Source: Octopus sinensis
Taxonomy: Eukaryota
Assembly (NCBI RefSeq): GCF_006345805.1
Contig: NC_043013.1
Location: 47,430,001-47,494,000 of the forward strand
Direction: 5' to 3'
Length of the DNA: 64,000 nucleotides
Shown piece by piece: positions 63,168 to 64,000 of this stretch. The first letter of the stretch is position 1, and each line of letters opens with the position of its first letter. The position numbers and the translations under genes were made by a program. The notes under the pieces are model-generated. The model had not been told where the DNA came from, made no database searches, and saw only the letters and a list, made by a program, of their open reading frames with translations.

Positions 63168-63523
63168 CATCATCACCATCATCATCATCATCATCATCAC
63201 CTTCCATCTCATCCACACACAACTTTATAAAATCTACTAGCGCCACACTCAAATCTTCCCTCTATTTTCCATTTTAACAGTTTTCACGAAAAAAATATAC
63301 TCCCAATGATTTATCAGAGATTTTAAACAATTGTTCTTATGAGTTTTTCAAAAATATTTCAAGGTTTTTACTAAGAATTAATAATGAATACACTTTATAA
63401 AGAGTTTTATTGCTATTTTTAGAAAAATCATTTAAGTATATTACCGGAATATATTTGTCAATTTCGTGAACATCACTATAACCATGATTATTACTAGCAA
63501 CAGTATCATTATTATTATTATTA

Positions 63524-63556
<33 letters not shown>

Positions 63557-63620
63557 TATTATTATTATTATTGTTATTATTATCATCATCATTATTATTA
63601 TTATTGTTATTATTATTGAG
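62935..63620. repeat. (ATT)/(ATC) arrays
   Basis: Two arrays, 62935-63200 and 63500-63620. Confidence 0.9.
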
Positions 63621-64000
63621 TGAGAGAGCAGTTCATGCCATCAAAGTGACACTGGGGTAAAATATATGAAGCCCAATATACCCATCATGACTACCCGTCT
63701 GATAAAGGCACACCAGGCACATGCATCACAACCATATGTGCGCGACATGGTGATCTCATATCAAGATAAACAGCACATGACCTTGCAGGTGGGGCCCAGT
63801 TAGAATTTTCTTCAGGTTGAGTAGCCCATCCCGCTCAAACGGTCCCTAAATAAGGGTTGTTTAAGGATGTTGAAAGAACCACCCATGTTTCCAGAGGTGA
63901 ATTATTCAAACCCCACAGAATCCCTCTCAACACATGGCTATGATGCTCCCCCACTACTTCTGCTCGTGATCAGAGATGCACATATCGTCAGCCACTAAGG
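63617..64000 (-). mobile_element. 3' part of an interspersed non-coding repeat with an (AAT)n tail (SINE-like, family E)
   Basis: GC-richer block with no ORF, ending ...GAACTGCTCTCTCACTC in an (AAT)n tail on the minus strand. Only one copy in the window; its repeat status is from memory of cephalopod repeats. Confidence 0.45.

Overview
AT-rich eukaryotic DNA made up mostly of microsatellites and decayed transposable elements. The SINE families and repeat density suggest an octopus or other coleoid cephalopod; this is inferred from recalled repeat families and was not searched. I found no intact host protein-coding gene, rRNA, tRNA gene or CRISPR array. The long ORFs in the track are microsatellite read-through or TE fragments. 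Recognisable remnants: Gypsy (integrase 1.8-2.7 kb; gag/LTR 35.5-36.9 kb), Tx1/L1 ORF2 (10-11.3 kb), two Tc1 transposases (29.2-30.3 and 55.6-56.4 kb), RTE RT (53.9-54.5 kb), several Dong/R4-type restriction-like-endonuclease LINE pieces (46.2-47.5 and 56.9-61.0 kb), two CR1-group 3' ends, Penelope-like elements, two Helitron ends, a hAT MITE and about 30 tRNA-headed SINE copies. The most interesting signals: (1) about seven type I hammerhead-ribozyme motifs of the Penelope/retrozyme kind, including a ~353-bp non-coding repeat unit at 55.0-55.6 kb whose two copies reconstruct a complete hammerhead; (2) a SINE and a CR1-group LINE sharing a 3' end with a covarying stem-loop; (3) an A-B-rc(A)-rc(B) self-inserted inversion at 46.5-47.0 kb. 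There is a 100-N assembly gap at 57076-57175. Most TE boundaries are approximate.
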